A stretch of 62,944 nucleotides of DNA, filler included, from Collodictyon triciliatum (Eukaryota), in assembly GCA_043381765.1 (NCBI GenBank). It is 4 parts of 4 records of this genome, joined end to end, with 100 filler letters (N's around TTAATTAATTAA, not from the genome) between each part and the next. Parts side by side here need not be neighbours in the genome. Positions count along the whole stretch, not along the records: positions 32,611 to 60,023 come from JBHJMP010001570.1; 3 more parts are not named here. The stretch is one strand, 5' to 3'. Below the pieces are notes generated by a model. The model was not told the DNA's origin, made no database searches, and saw nothing but the letters and a program-made list of their open reading frames with translations. Both the position numbers and the translations under genes were made by a program. Shown piece by piece: positions 42,805-55,354 of this stretch; the stretch's first letter is position 1, and each line of letters begins with the position of its first letter.

Positions 42805-43524
42805 ATGACGGCCAAACCCACTCCAGGCACCAGTAAATCCGACTCTGAAATCCCACCAGCTGTTATTAGAGACAAAGTGAGCTGTATATGTTTTTTTTCT
42901 CTTACCCATATGAGTTAGTTAGGATGCTTTGCGTTCTTATGGAAGTAATGGATATTATGTCTTTGGCTAAAACTTTAGCTTATTCTTGTTATTTCTTACA
43001 AATATGCATATTTTTTTTAAAAAAAAACTTATTGTAACAACATCTAATAATTTAAGATGCTGAGAATGAAAGCCATAATCTTTTTCATTGGAGCGTCCAT
43101 GATTCTGGGTATCATTGCATACTTTGTGGGAGAGATGTATCGCATTCGCACGTCAACAGTTATGCTCCTTCTGTCAGGCATAACGGCCAACTTGATTTAT
43201 CTCTTTTTCGTCTACTACTCGATCATCAGAGACTCATTGAGAGTGGTTATAGGCTCCACTTTTTTTCTGGTTGCATCATCAGTTTTAATGATTTTCTCTC
43301 TGATTTTATGGGGCGTTGACGTGTCCAAAGACGACAGCTCCAATAGTTCGAATGATGAGGATACCGTTTCAAGTGGCAATGAAAACGCAGCATTATACTG
43401 GCTTCTTTGTTCGATGTTGTCAGCCATTTTTGCGCTGTTCCAACATTTGCTTCTAATCAGAAAAATTACAAGAAAGGATGATTCATATGACTTTGAGGAA
43501 ATCTTTAGGACATATACAGCCTAG
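42805..43524 (+). CDS. Four-transmembrane protein, probable diverged tandem paralogue of 41401-42069 (2 exons)
   Basis: MTAKPTPGTSKSDSEIPPAVIRDK|MLRMKAIIFFIGASMILG...; same topology and the same phase-0 intron after a Lys at residue 24-25. Confidence 0.72.
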
Positions 43525-43765
43525 ACACATCAGAAAAATACCGCTTTAATGAAAGTTGTCCGGTCTCAACCGTGAATAATGAAGCTGCGATTATTTCATC
43601 AAGGAGTGAAATAAATTATCTCTTCGCCTCAATAATACATGATTGATTGATAAATATCGATAGTATGTACGCGAATGTTGTTGTAAATCAAGGTAGTCAT
43701 ACAAATTTGGAAGTAAGAAAATGAGAAAATCTCATCACTAATTAATTGACTTGGACTCCAAGTAT

Positions 43766-44464
43766 CTAAACCATAAAATAATGGGTAAAGTAGAGAGCAG
43801 ATGCGAGTAGGAGATGCTGACGAGAGGCTAGCGCTGGAAAGAAATCGGTGATAGCGAGTTGGTCAGGTGGGCGACCCAACTGGTTGATTGGTTGCGTCGG
43901 TAGCAGGGGTTGGATATGCTGTGGGAGATATCTTACGACACATTCCCACATCTCTATTCGCTTGCGGTCAGAGTAGCAAAGAATGCGAGCGTGCTTCAGC
44001 AGACTGTTCAGAAAGCTGTGTTGCACGAGGCTTTCCAGCCTGGGTACATTGATTTCTCGTTCGGGTGAATCATTGGAGCGAGAGAATGCACGCACACTCC
44101 ATAAGGCCCACAGCATATGTCCCCTTGTGGCTGTCCAGAGTATTCTAGAGTCATGGGTCATTTGGTATTGTGGGCCAAACAGGATGTCAGACGCACTGAG
44201 TCGGTTGGGAGCATAATCAAGCTCAGAGAGCATCTTGTGGGTAGATTCTATCACTTTTTGAGCAAGGGAGCACTTCACAAATGTGTGCTCGATAGAATCA
44301 TCTCCACTATGGCACATGGTGCACTCTGGAGAGGTCGTTGCTGCATGGACTACACGTGCACCTATCCACAGCTCTTTGTTGGAGATATATAGGAGCAGTA
44401 GGGCGCGGTGTTTTGGGAGTAACTGATTTACTCTACATGTATTCATCAGGGAGGAAAGCGTCAT
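43766..44464 (-). mobile_element. C-terminal (zf-RVT/CCHC) part of an L1/Tx1-like ORF2, 5'-truncated
   Basis: SPECTMCHSGDDSIEHTFVKCSLA (CxxC-x8-H-x4-C), ILFG and LWALWSVR are typical of the L1-clade ORF2 C-terminus. Confidence 0.88.
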
Positions 44465-44954
44465 GGCCCTACCAGCTGCTCCGCAGCAAACCGCAAAGAG
44501 GACGAAAGCCAGTGTGATTGGAGGCGATGGCGTGCGGATACAAGACTATTTCTTCGCGCTTGAGATGACCTGTCACATTCACCAAGTTGACACACACCCC
44601 GTAATTCCCGCTGGAATTTGATCCATTCCAAATAATCCTTCGCTCAAACGGAGTCTGTGTTTGATTTCAGGCGTCGAAGCCAACAGCATCACCTGCACAC
44701 AGCGCGGGTGCGCTCCAGGTGACTCGAAGAGAGAAAAAGAAAGAACCATGCCAGAATGAGACAAGAAAAACACAAAACTAACGAGCTACCAAAAGTCAAA
44801 AAAAAAAAAGAAAAAAAGAGTGAAAAAAAGTGAACTGTGATCGTTAGGAGACCGCCAATATGATTCCCATCCAACGCTTCCTTCTCTGATCAGAAACACA
44901 GAGTATATTGCAAGCAGAAACCTTTCCCACAGCGGACAAGATCGCCACTTGCAC

Positions 44955-46483
44955 ATGGTTTCCAAAGTGCAGAACGCCGCAGCTTTTGCTGCTCTTTTCT
45001 GCCTCGTGATGTGCCCAGGGTTGATCCAATCATTTCCAAACCATGCCGTTGCATCGCCAGCCTCTGCTGATGCTTCGTTTCATGCCGAGCCGCACATCCT
45101 CCAGAAGCCGCTCAACTGCAGCCTGTGTTTGAATGGAACAGGAGTCGATGGGCTCTTTCGGGCACAGACTCCTTATTCCGTACCAGTGACTATCGAGCGT
45201 CTGGTCTCTGGCATCGCTCTTGTTCGAAACGCAACTTTCCTAGAGGTGGTCAATCAAAACGACGGTTTGTTTAAGGCCCTCTATGATAAACTTAAATTGC
45301 TCATCCGCTGGTCATAAAGGATATCGAAACATCATAACATCGCTGCTATAAAAGAATTTGAATCAAGGGCTCTTGAAGCACTTGCATATGCTTTTTTAAA
45401 TTAAAAAACTATATAACAATAAGCTACGGATGACCCTTCATCTATTGTCGGGGAGAATTGGGCGCTAGAGTTTGAGGTAGTTGATTTATATGATGTAGTG
45501 AATGCCGTTCCGTTATTTGGGCTCGAGCTTCCCATACGAGTGAGATTCCCATACTTTTGTTGTTATTTTATATATAAAAGAGAAAGCTTTGAGTAAACAA
45601 AAGCTTCGGTATCTTTATTGATAATAAGAAAAAATTGGATTATTCGATTGAAATGCATTTTTATCGAACTTATACACTTTCATTCGTATGACTTAACTCT
45701 GATGCTCTGATACTGGCTTAAACATACTCATACATAATGACTCAGTACATTATATGGTCGGATGCGACAGGTTTTTTTTTTGTTTTGTTTTGTGAGATAA
45801 AAAGGTGCACTCCTTGCATCATAGAGCCGTGTCAAATTCATTCAATTTTCTTTTCTTCATATATCAACATAAAACCCAGGTTCTTGGGTAGCATTCATTG
45901 ACCCTATGTACCAAGCAAACCGAATCGGAGCGATAGGGTATGACAGATATTTTATTGCCTTGCAATCCTTTATGATCTACGTTACGGACGCAGCCCTCAG
46001 CAAATCTGGTAATTTTCTCTTATTTGTTTGCTAAATACAATTATAGATTATGTGATTAAGGATGGTAGACTCCGTACATATCATGTTCAATTTTCAATAT
46101 TTTTAAACGTTCTCAATCAAACATATTTCAAAACAAACAAAACAAAATAAATTAATGATGATTTCAAAGACAACAGCTCGGGGAATCTGGAAAATGTCTT
46201 TGACTCCCTGCAGACGATTGTTGGAATCATACTTTTGGCCCTCTTTCTTATCATCGGTGGAATCCTATACTCCAAATACGCAAAAAGGCGTCTAGCCAGG
46301 AGGCTACAACAACAAAAGGCTGAAGCTGGATTACTTGAGGAGCCTCCTGTAGAAGTCAATTTTGACGACATTAGCAGCTTCCAAGAGGTCGAGAGTATCG
46401 ATGAGGACAGTGATTTATATGACGATGTGTGCTACCAGGAGATTTCAGACCCTGTATATTATGTGGAGGCAACTGATGACTGA
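44955..46483 (+). CDS. Putative type I single-pass membrane protein (internal exon structure unresolved)
   Basis: Signal-peptide-like MVSKVQNAAAFAALFCLVMCPGLIQS; TM IVGIILLALFLIIGGILY followed by basic SKYAKRRLARR and an acidic Tyr-containing tail. The last two exons join in frame; the middle exons are ambiguous. Confidence 0.55.
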
Positions 46484-47366
46484 GGAGACCAAACGAGCTC
46501 AACGTTCATGAACCCTCTTAATTCAGGGCTTACATGTTTCATTACTTTAATCATACACCATACGAACAATAAGAATAATCGTAATATTAATAAAAAAAAA
46601 TAAGTCAGAAGTTCAAGTAGCTATGCGGCGCATGCCGCTATTGTCTTGTGAGTTTGACCTTCAAACAGTATTCCTGTCGAATTATATCCGCAAGGTGTGC
46701 TTAAAAAATAGCTGCCTTGTCAGATGAGACATTGTGCTATTCATGCAACAGATGTAAAAGAACGAGGCGATTCAGTATGATTTGAGGTATTTGTTGCAGA
46801 GATGCACATTTTTCATCCCAACGCTTTGCTATTAGCGACTAATTCCCACCCAAGACGTAATGTTGCAAAAAGTTTAATGTGACCAAGGAGTCAATAAAAA
46901 AAATACAGAAAGACATTCTTTTGTATCACAAAACGAGTGATGCTGTCGTGCTTTGTCAACAAACATCATACAGGGAAAAACCATCATATGCGTTTGTCAA
47001 GTAAAAAAAAAGAAGTTAAGATTAGTCGGGATGGTTGAAACGGATCGAAACCCACCAGACGTGTGGATTATTTTATTTTTGGTTAAAAATAAGTATAATC
47101 GTAATAAAAACAAGAATACTCTGGTTATCGCACGAGCTGGTATGAAGTGGCCGGATGATTTCATTTTTTGTGTTTTGCCCTTTTTCTAAATGATAATTAT
47201 AAAAATATGCAAACACAATTATCAACAGCTACATAATAGGACTCATGAATGGTAGGCTCAGTAAAAGTTGAGTGCTTTATGGAGAGATATGCCAGCTCTT
47301 ACCCATTAATGTGGGGTTTGAAAACGGAGAAATATTAATTGGGAGGAGTGTTGCATGGTTTCAGAT

Positions 47367-48694
47367 TTAGTGTTGTGTGCCGTGCTGGGAAATCGACTTT
47401 GCGTGTCTCCAAAGCATAAGAGCCATTGAGTAGCGAACGAACTTTTGTTGGGTGGAAAAAATGAGAGCGGCGTTGATTGTAGCTTTGATGAGCTGTGTTT
47501 TCATACCAGCGTATATTCCTGTGAAGCCCTGGGCACGAATGACACGAACAATTACATCCACAAAGCCACGGTATGGCTCAGAGGAGAGACCGTCAGAGTC
47601 AGACTTTCGTGTCTGAAGTCGAGTCTTTGCCAGAATCAAAGGATACTAGTTGTCAGGCGGTTTTTTTTTTATCAGTAATTCCAAATCAAAAGGGAAAGGG
47701 TATTCCAAACACAGAGTTCCACATGAATATATTTATTTCGAAAGCGACAAAAATAAAATAAATCATCGTGGTATATTTCTCTGTATTTATTTATGAGCAG
47801 AACAGGATGACGTTCAATTAAAGATAAGATTTGGGGTCTTGACGAAAAATCAAATTAAGTTAAGATAAAATGGAAATACGCACAGTAATGATGGTCGCTA
47901 CGATTTTTGAAAGGGCTCCAAGCATGAAATTCATATAGGTTGTCAAATGCTTCGTGTTCGTTATTGCGAGGGCTCTCACCTTCAACTGCTCAAAAACCTT
48001 TTTTTTTAAAAAAAAGAAAATAACGAAGAAAAAAAAAAGGATAATTAATGCAAGGAAATTGAAGCACGCTTTAAAGAAAGATACAGGTTACAGATGTGTA
48101 CCACTTTAGATTTTAAAAAACTGAAAGAAAAAATGTAGTCAAATGAGAAAAATATAACAAAAAAAAACCACCCAGAAAATAACAAAAAAAATGAAAACTT
48201 CAGATGGTTTCAATCGTAGCGTACCATGTAAGTGATTGATGGATTCACCACCAGCACCAAAGACGTCCCCAGCCCGCTCCAGAAGCCAAGCAGCCCCTTT
48301 TCCACAAACAAATCGGAGCAGATATCGACATATGACTTTTTGTGATGATGGTGTTCCTTCTGCTGACCAGACAAAACAGCATCCTCGGATGTCTTTGCGC
48401 TTTTATTTGCGCTTACAGAAGCTTCGTGTGCTATCAGCCGTGTATGTGTAACTACGAGCGGCGTCACAATGCACTGAGTCAGTGCGCCAGCGAGTGAGCC
48501 AATCCACAAACTCTGTGCAATGCTGACGTCCTTTCCAGATGCTCTGCGGACATATGTGCGGCCGTACTCGTAAAAGTAGTAGTAGACATAGGAGGTGATG
48601 GCGCTGGTCACAAGACTGAGCGACATCCCGCGAAAGATTGCACCGAGACCTTCGTTCTGGATGATGGAGAGTACCTCGGCAAAGGGCGATCGCC
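47367..48694 (-). CDS. Peroxisomal adenine-nucleotide carrier (ANT1/PMP34-SLC25A17-like, mitochondrial carrier family); 5' end in gap
   Basis: AITSYVYYYFYE, IGSLAGALTQCIVTPLVVTHTRL, GLLGFWSGLGTSLVLVVNPSITY, FMLGALSKIVATIIT, ILAKTRLQ, GIYAGMKTQLIKATINAALIF. LVVNPSITY and GAxSKxxAT are typical of the peroxisomal subgroup. Confidence 0.85.
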
Positions 48695-48710
48695 CTGTAT
48701 TTGCCGTCAC

Positions 48711-48712
48711 AA

Positions 48713-48803
<91 letters not shown>

Positions 48804-48806
48804 ATA
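48711..48806. repeat. (AAAT)n intronic microsatellite at a gap edge
   Basis: Visible tetramer array. Confidence 0.9.
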
Positions 48807-50531
48807 NNNNNNNNNNNNNNNNNNNNNNNNNNNNNNNNNNNNNNNNNNNNNNNNNNNNNNNNNNNNNNNNNNNNNNNNNNNNNNNNNNNNNNNNNNNNNN
48901 NNNNNNNNNNNNNNNNNNNNNNNNNNNNNNNNNNNNNNNNNNNNNNNNNNNNNNNNNNNNNNNNNNNNNNNNNNNNNNNNNNNNNNNNNNNNNNNNNNNN
49001 NNNNNNNNNNNNNNNNNNNNNNNNNNNNNNNNNNNNNNNNNNNNNNNNNNNNNNNNNNNNNNNNNNNNNNNNNNNNNNNNNNNNNNNNNNNNNNNNNNNN
49101 NNNNNNNNNNNNNNNNNNNNNNNNNNNNNNNNNNNNNNNNNNNNNNNNNNNNNNNNNNNNNNNNNNNNNNNNNNNNNNNNNNNNNNNNNNNNNNNNNNNN
49201 NNNNNNNNNNNNNNNNNNNNNNNNNNNNNNNNNNNNNNNNNNNNNNNNNNNNNNNNNNNNNNNNNNNNNNNNNNNNNNNNNNNNNNNNNNNNNNNNNNNN
49301 NNNNNNNNNNNNNNNNNNNNNNNNNNNNNNNNNNNNNNNNNNNNNNNNNNNNNNNNNNNNNNNNNNNNNNNNNNNNNNNNNNNNNNNNNNNNNNNNNNNN
49401 NNNNNNNNNNNNNNNNNNNNTTTTTTTTGTTTATTTTGTTTATTTTATTTTTTTTGTTTGTTTGTTTGTTTTTTTCTTTTTTTGGTTAAACCAAGTGCTC
49501 TGAAGGGAAGTTAAGAAACAGAATGCAGCAGTCCTCAGCGCACGCCCGGCCGAACGCAGGGCCGCAAACAAGGAGCAGGATATCCCCACCTCGCGCCTGA
49601 AAGCTGCCTGACTGACGCGCAGACCTGCATTGTCTCTGCTTCGCGTTTCCATAGAACAGTTTGCTGGATATTCATACTTGTGACGCATTGCAAATATGAA
49701 CACACAGCTGGACCTTCTACTCATTTATATCATTAATTAAACGCCAAATTATAGACTGAATATGGTTATTATGCATTTAATATGCCTTGATGTGTAGAGA
49801 TACTATATTTTCCAGATATAATAAATGCTCAATTCACTTTTTTTTTTCATTTTTCATTTTTTTTCATTTTATTTAATCTTAATAATTTCTGCTAGAGATT
49901 TGGTGTGATGCCCCAGGCGTGTTCTGCTCTCTAGACAAAAGCCGAAAAGCTTAGCATATGCCTTATTAACAACTCCAGTTGATACCTCGGCCATAATAAA
50001 TGTCTGTTTTGCAATGCGGTGGCCTCTGCGTGTGGACAATCTGATGCGTTCATTCTTTGAGTGACTGCAAACACAGGAAAGTGCCCCAGTGTTCATGCGA
50101 AATGCGTTTAACCCCCTGACATCATAATATGTTTGGCATCAGCTTTTCAACAGTCTTATTGGTCAGTGAGCACTCCAGCGATGTAGTGTTTCTGCTCGGA
50201 TTAGATTGTGATACAACTCGTTCTTTCAAGGAATTCTGCTTGCTCGATATTGTGTTTATTTTTTTTTTTTCATTCAACGCTCGAAGTTGCTTCTTCAGTC
50301 CCAATAGAAAAAAATATGTGCAGAAATCGGCGCCACGATAATTATTCCATTAAAAGAATTACTATCGCTTTTTTTTTTAAATTTTTTTAATAATGTTAAG
50401 AACAGTCTCATCAACAGCCAGTATGAAATAAATACTAGTTTATTAATCCATTCTAATAAATAAGGGCACTACTATCACACGATTCAAAATTTTTACAAAT
50501 AAGCTGCAGAGGAGCTTCATCACAAAGAAAT

Positions 50532-53500
50532 TCAGTCACAAGTGCTGCTCTTCTCTGCAAGATTGTTCACAATCCTAGCTACCGTTCTCACAGATTCGGG
50601 ACTTAATCCGTATAATTCAACAAAGTAGCTCACATGGAGTAGAAAGAGCGTGCGGTACTTGATTACAAGGTCTGGATGCTTTGATATGAAGTCAGTCAAA
50701 ATTCTACGAAGCTCGTAGATATACACTGTTCCAGGCCTATTTGTGGTATAAATTAAATAATGGTTTGTGTTGGTATCTTACTCAACAACATGTTCGGATT
50801 AATATCTCAATGGTTCAAAGTGTGGAAAACTTTACAGATGTTGGTGGATATAATGAACAGCTTTTAACTTAACCTCCTGATGACAAATGTGCTCCAAGCC
50901 GCCATAAGTTCTTTTTGTTCATCCATGACGACTCTCGCTACCTCCTTTACATGAAAATAAAAATTCTAAAGTTGAAGAGCGGTTCAATGGCAGATAAAGG
51001 GCATGAATATATATATATAACCTTTTCGTGACATTTTGCTTCAGTGGAAACGCTATCAGAAAAATTCGCCAATTGAAGCTTATCAATTGATGTAGGCGCC
51101 CCCGAGAAAGGATCAAAAATATATCTGCGATGATGATTTCAATTTAAAATACAGAACGAAAGTATTGTAAATTTTTGATTTGATAAAAAAAAAATCGAAG
51201 CTTTCTTGTTGGAACGAAGCATCATACTTTTTAGCTCTAGCTGTCGGTTTTTTGTGAAACACTTCGATTTGCTTGTTGAAACTAGAGCTTGTGCGAGATT
51301 CATGCCCAACGGCCTGCGGAGAGAAGCCAGCTTTACTTGAATCACAGGGCCATGCAGCCACCACGTTTTCCAAAGAGTCATCTTCAATGCAAACATATGA
51401 ACATGTTTCATCTGCTGTAAAAAATAAATTGAAATGACACATGAGGTTACTTGGAAGCCTTACGATAAGTTTGCAACTTTGACATTAGAGAATACAAGAA
51501 TTCATACATGTGTGGTTCCTTTCTATTTTTTTTGGCTTCTGGAAACGGGGCGTATTAAAATCAAAAACCTATAATTGATATTATCCAGGGAAACCCCAAT
51601 GGTTTAATAATTGCCTGAAAAAGAAAAAAAAGACGAAACATCCAAGAATAAAACAAACTATCAATTACACATTTTATTCGATGCGACTACTATGTAAAGC
51701 CATGAACAGAGCTAACCTTGACGCATCCATCCTTAATTAAACCAGAATTAGTGGTCGTAACCCAGGAGCAGCACGTTATTGTGACATCTTGGAATCTAGT
51801 CTGATAATAATTACTTTATTAATTGTTCGTGCTTGAAATAATATGCTTTGATCTCAGTGCAACCTCGTAAACGTATCGCAGATTATGACGAGAAATCAAG
51901 TGATCGGTAAATTCATATGTAGGGAGGACAGCCATGCATATTGGGCACTTCTGACGCAGATCAGTATACGGTGTCTACAAAAAGTTGAAGAAATTCGCCA
52001 GGTATAGTGTTGGTAGATAAAATAAGTTCATTTCATATCTCGTCATAGTTTTCCTAGAAAAATGCGTGTTTTTCTTTTGAATTAATAAATAAACACAAAC
52101 TGAGTCGACTTGGAAAGAAAGGAAGCCTTTGGATGCAAAGAGGAGGCTAATAATTTATAGTGCAAGTTAGTTTGGTTAGGATATATTTGGACTCAATCGT
52201 GATTTCATGTAATTTAAGAGGGATAGGCCTGAATAAGTGATAAATACCTCTTCTGCACAGAATTGAAAGGAAGAATAAAAAAAAGTGATAAATACCTCTT
52301 GGGGTCATCATGCAACATGTAAAATAATAATTTTGGTTCGCTCAACTTTTGTGGATTCATATATTGATAAGCCAACTTATTCTTTCTTGAATTCTGAATA
52401 AAGTTAGTCAACAGATGATGACCGACCTACATTTTTTTCATTATAGAACAAGAATGTGAGACTAACATCCAAAAAATTGCGAGAGCCAACAGGCACCAAA
52501 ACATACGCATCGAAAAAAGTATTTCCATCATAAATAAGGTGCGAACGATACCCAAAAGTGTTGGAAGCATACCTTTGTACCTCGACTAAGCAGCTGGCTA
52601 TCTTCATATAAGCTTGGTGTTATATTTTTTAATTGACTGAAAAAATATCCCGTTGTCTCGCAAGGATTCAGAACAAATTCGAATGAGAGGAAAGATGCCC
52701 ATATTTGAATGTGTTTACAGTCAACATGTTCGGGTGAATTCAGGTCAGAGTAATATTCTGGTGTGTGGTAGAGAGGAAGTTTAAATGTTGAAAAATAATG
52801 AATAGTATATGAAAGTAATAACGAAGCAGATTGTATGTCTATCAGTTACGGTAAGGCACCTTTCATAATGACTTGTTCTTGATATTTCAAACTACCTTTT
52901 GAATGAAGGAATTCGAAGAGCAATATTTTCTGATATCTACCAGCGCAATGGTCAGTCGTGAAGTGTAGCTGAAGGGATCGAACGACATTATTGCAATAGA
53001 ATAAATTGCTGTGATATGTCCACAACGATGGAGTCAACTATATTGACGAGTAAAATTAGAATATTATTGCTGTATCTCTCCTGAAACTGCGGATACAGGG
53101 AACTCAACAAAGATGGATACAAGTTATTCATACCATTCTATTTTTTTTCAGATTCAAATAAAACGACAAAAAAAAAGTCCTGTTGAAAAATTGATAAAAC
53201 ATTTCTGCTCAATGCGAATAAAATAAGGAAAGGTGTTGTTTGGGTTTTGCTGTATATGTATTTTCCAGAATGGCTCACGCTATCATCCAATGGGAAGGAG
53301 TAGAGAATAACATGCACTCTGCACAGAATATTCTTATCGGAGTAGAACTCCTTCAACAATATTTGATTCATTATCATTCTAACTAAAACGCCAAATCCCG
53401 AAATTTCCAAGAGGTTTAAATGAAGCTTGCTAGATTGAAGTGATAAAGTAAGCATTAATAAAGATACAAAAGATGGGGAAAAAGAGGGGTTTTCCGTTAA

Positions 53501-54497
53501 CCTTGAAGTGATGATCGAATGAGGGTTTGATTGAGCTGATTCCTATTCGATGATATGCATTTTCTGGTTATACATACGAAGGGTAAAGTATGTCATCAGC
53601 AAGACCATAGCGAGGAAAAGATGAAGAAAAAGTTACCATATCAGAGTGTGAATCTGTGCTCGCTTTATGCTCAGCAGCGCCAGCCCTGATATTGAGTTCT
53701 TGCGGAAGGTTACGTGGGCTCCGGAAAGGTTGGGATGAAGTCAAACAGTCCATGTGAAGCGGGAAAGTTGGTGGTACATAGAACTGGTTGAACAGCGAAT
53801 GAGCAACACTCCAGTCATGATATCTCGCACCAATGAACCAATCTTCAAATGGTATCGACACAACAGGCTCATTCATAGAGGTGGGAATAGGTATGCAGAA
53901 CATCATGGGTCTTGCAGGGTCTTTAGAGATGGGCTCTCTGTTCGGATTGACTTTATCTTTTTTAGCTATGAGAATGATTATGATGAGACGCTGGCGCATA
54001 TATCAAGCAAACACCAAACCAAAAAAAAATTCATAAAAAAATATCGATCATAGCTTTGCCGATTAGTAACCTGCCATGGCGCTCTCAATGCTTTGGTATG
54101 CATTAGAACAAGGCGAAAATAGTGATATGGGATTTTGGGTATTGTCTGGGCTGTCAATGGCGGGTAAGCTTTGTGATGCGACAGGTACCTAAAGAGAATG
54201 CTGATTAATTCTCAGTTCTGTAAATATCTCTTCAGAGAAACAAAATTGCGTAAGCATGTTAAGCTATTTGCTTTGTGTGGCATAGTAGATAGGACTAAAT
54301 CTGGCATGGTCCAAGGCCAACCTCTTCTGCAGGTGGCGCATTAGTTGGAATATCGGAACAGTTGTTTACTCCTCTATGTAAGTTATCTCGTTACAAACTT
54401 TATATGAGATTCGCAGATAATGTAAAAAAAAAATCAAGCAAAACTAAATACGAATCAACTAGATAATCAAGTAAAAAAAAAAGTTAAAACCTGAAAG

Positions 54498-54584
<87 letters not shown>

Positions 54585-55041
54585 GAGACAGAGACAGAGA
54601 CAGAGACAGAGACAGAGACAGAGACAGAGACAGAGACAGAGACAGAGACAGAGACAGAGACAGAGACAGAGACAGAGACAGAGACAGAGACAGAGACAAA
54701 GAAAAAAACAAAACATTAGAGACAACCCTAGTCCCATATTCAGCACCCAACTTTAAAAGACCCTGTTTTTCCCACCTAGGTATACCCTCCTCCTCCGCGT
54801 GTTCTTCTGCGTGCAGCAGAGCAGTTGAACCGGGCCCGTCGACAGCCTCGATCGCCTCACAGACCACAACAGGACTCCAACGAGCCGAAGCAGACCACAG
54901 AGTCGATTCCCTAAACCCTTCTTCTCGGTTAATCATCAGCGAGGCCAGTTCATCCTCCTCACTGTTGCTTTTTCTCTTTCTGCTGCTCTCGCTGGGTATA
55001 ATCACGCGCGACCTCGCTCTTCCTCGGCCCCTTTTCGGCAT
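50532..55041 (-). CDS. Divergent SUZ12/EMF2/VRN2-like Polycomb protein (C2H2 finger plus VEFS-box); middle exon boundaries partly uncertain
   Basis: KCPICMAVLPTYEFTDHLISRH (C2H2), then KYIFDPFSGAP...|EVARVVMDEQKELMAAWSTFVIR|RPGTVYIYELRRILTDFISKHPDLVIKYRTLFLLHVSYFVELYGLSPESV, which parallels the VEFS-box (YFHS..P...EKxxMxxWNxFV...F...FxxHLxxxxxxxLL). Basic NLS-like N-terminus (MPKRGRGRAR, RKRK). Confidence 0.62.
54499..54697. repeat. Compound (GATA)n-(GACAGA)n intronic microsatellite
   Basis: Visible arrays. Confidence 0.92.
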
Positions 55042-55354
55042 GGAGCGCCGCAATAGTTGTGCAGATGAAGCAGCCTTGTGCGTGTATGTTGTGAGGGGAT
55101 GCTTGGCACAAATAGGAAAAGACAGGATGGTTCGATGCGCTGATACAATGGTTTGTGCGCGAGACTCGATGCTGCAGCAGCCACACACGCATGGAGACTA
55201 CAGACACTTGGGCTATATCCTCCACTTGAAGCCGTCTGTTTTTAAGGAAAAAATGAAGTAGAAAAAATGAAAGAAAAAAAAAAGAGGAAAGAAAGCTGAT
55301 TTGGTCGTTGTCAGATACGGTATGTGCTATATGATATGCAAAGTGCGGATGAAT

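Noticed and set aside
49869-50341. Coding-looking minus-strand ORFs, possibly a decayed transposase
   Set aside because: Interrupted by stops; no catalytic motif or terminal repeats recognised.
52234-52300. 18-nt direct repeat AAGTGATAAATACCTCTT in an intron (similar short duplication TGCTTGACATCAAATT at about 21203 and 21260)
   Set aside because: Simple local duplications with no element between them.
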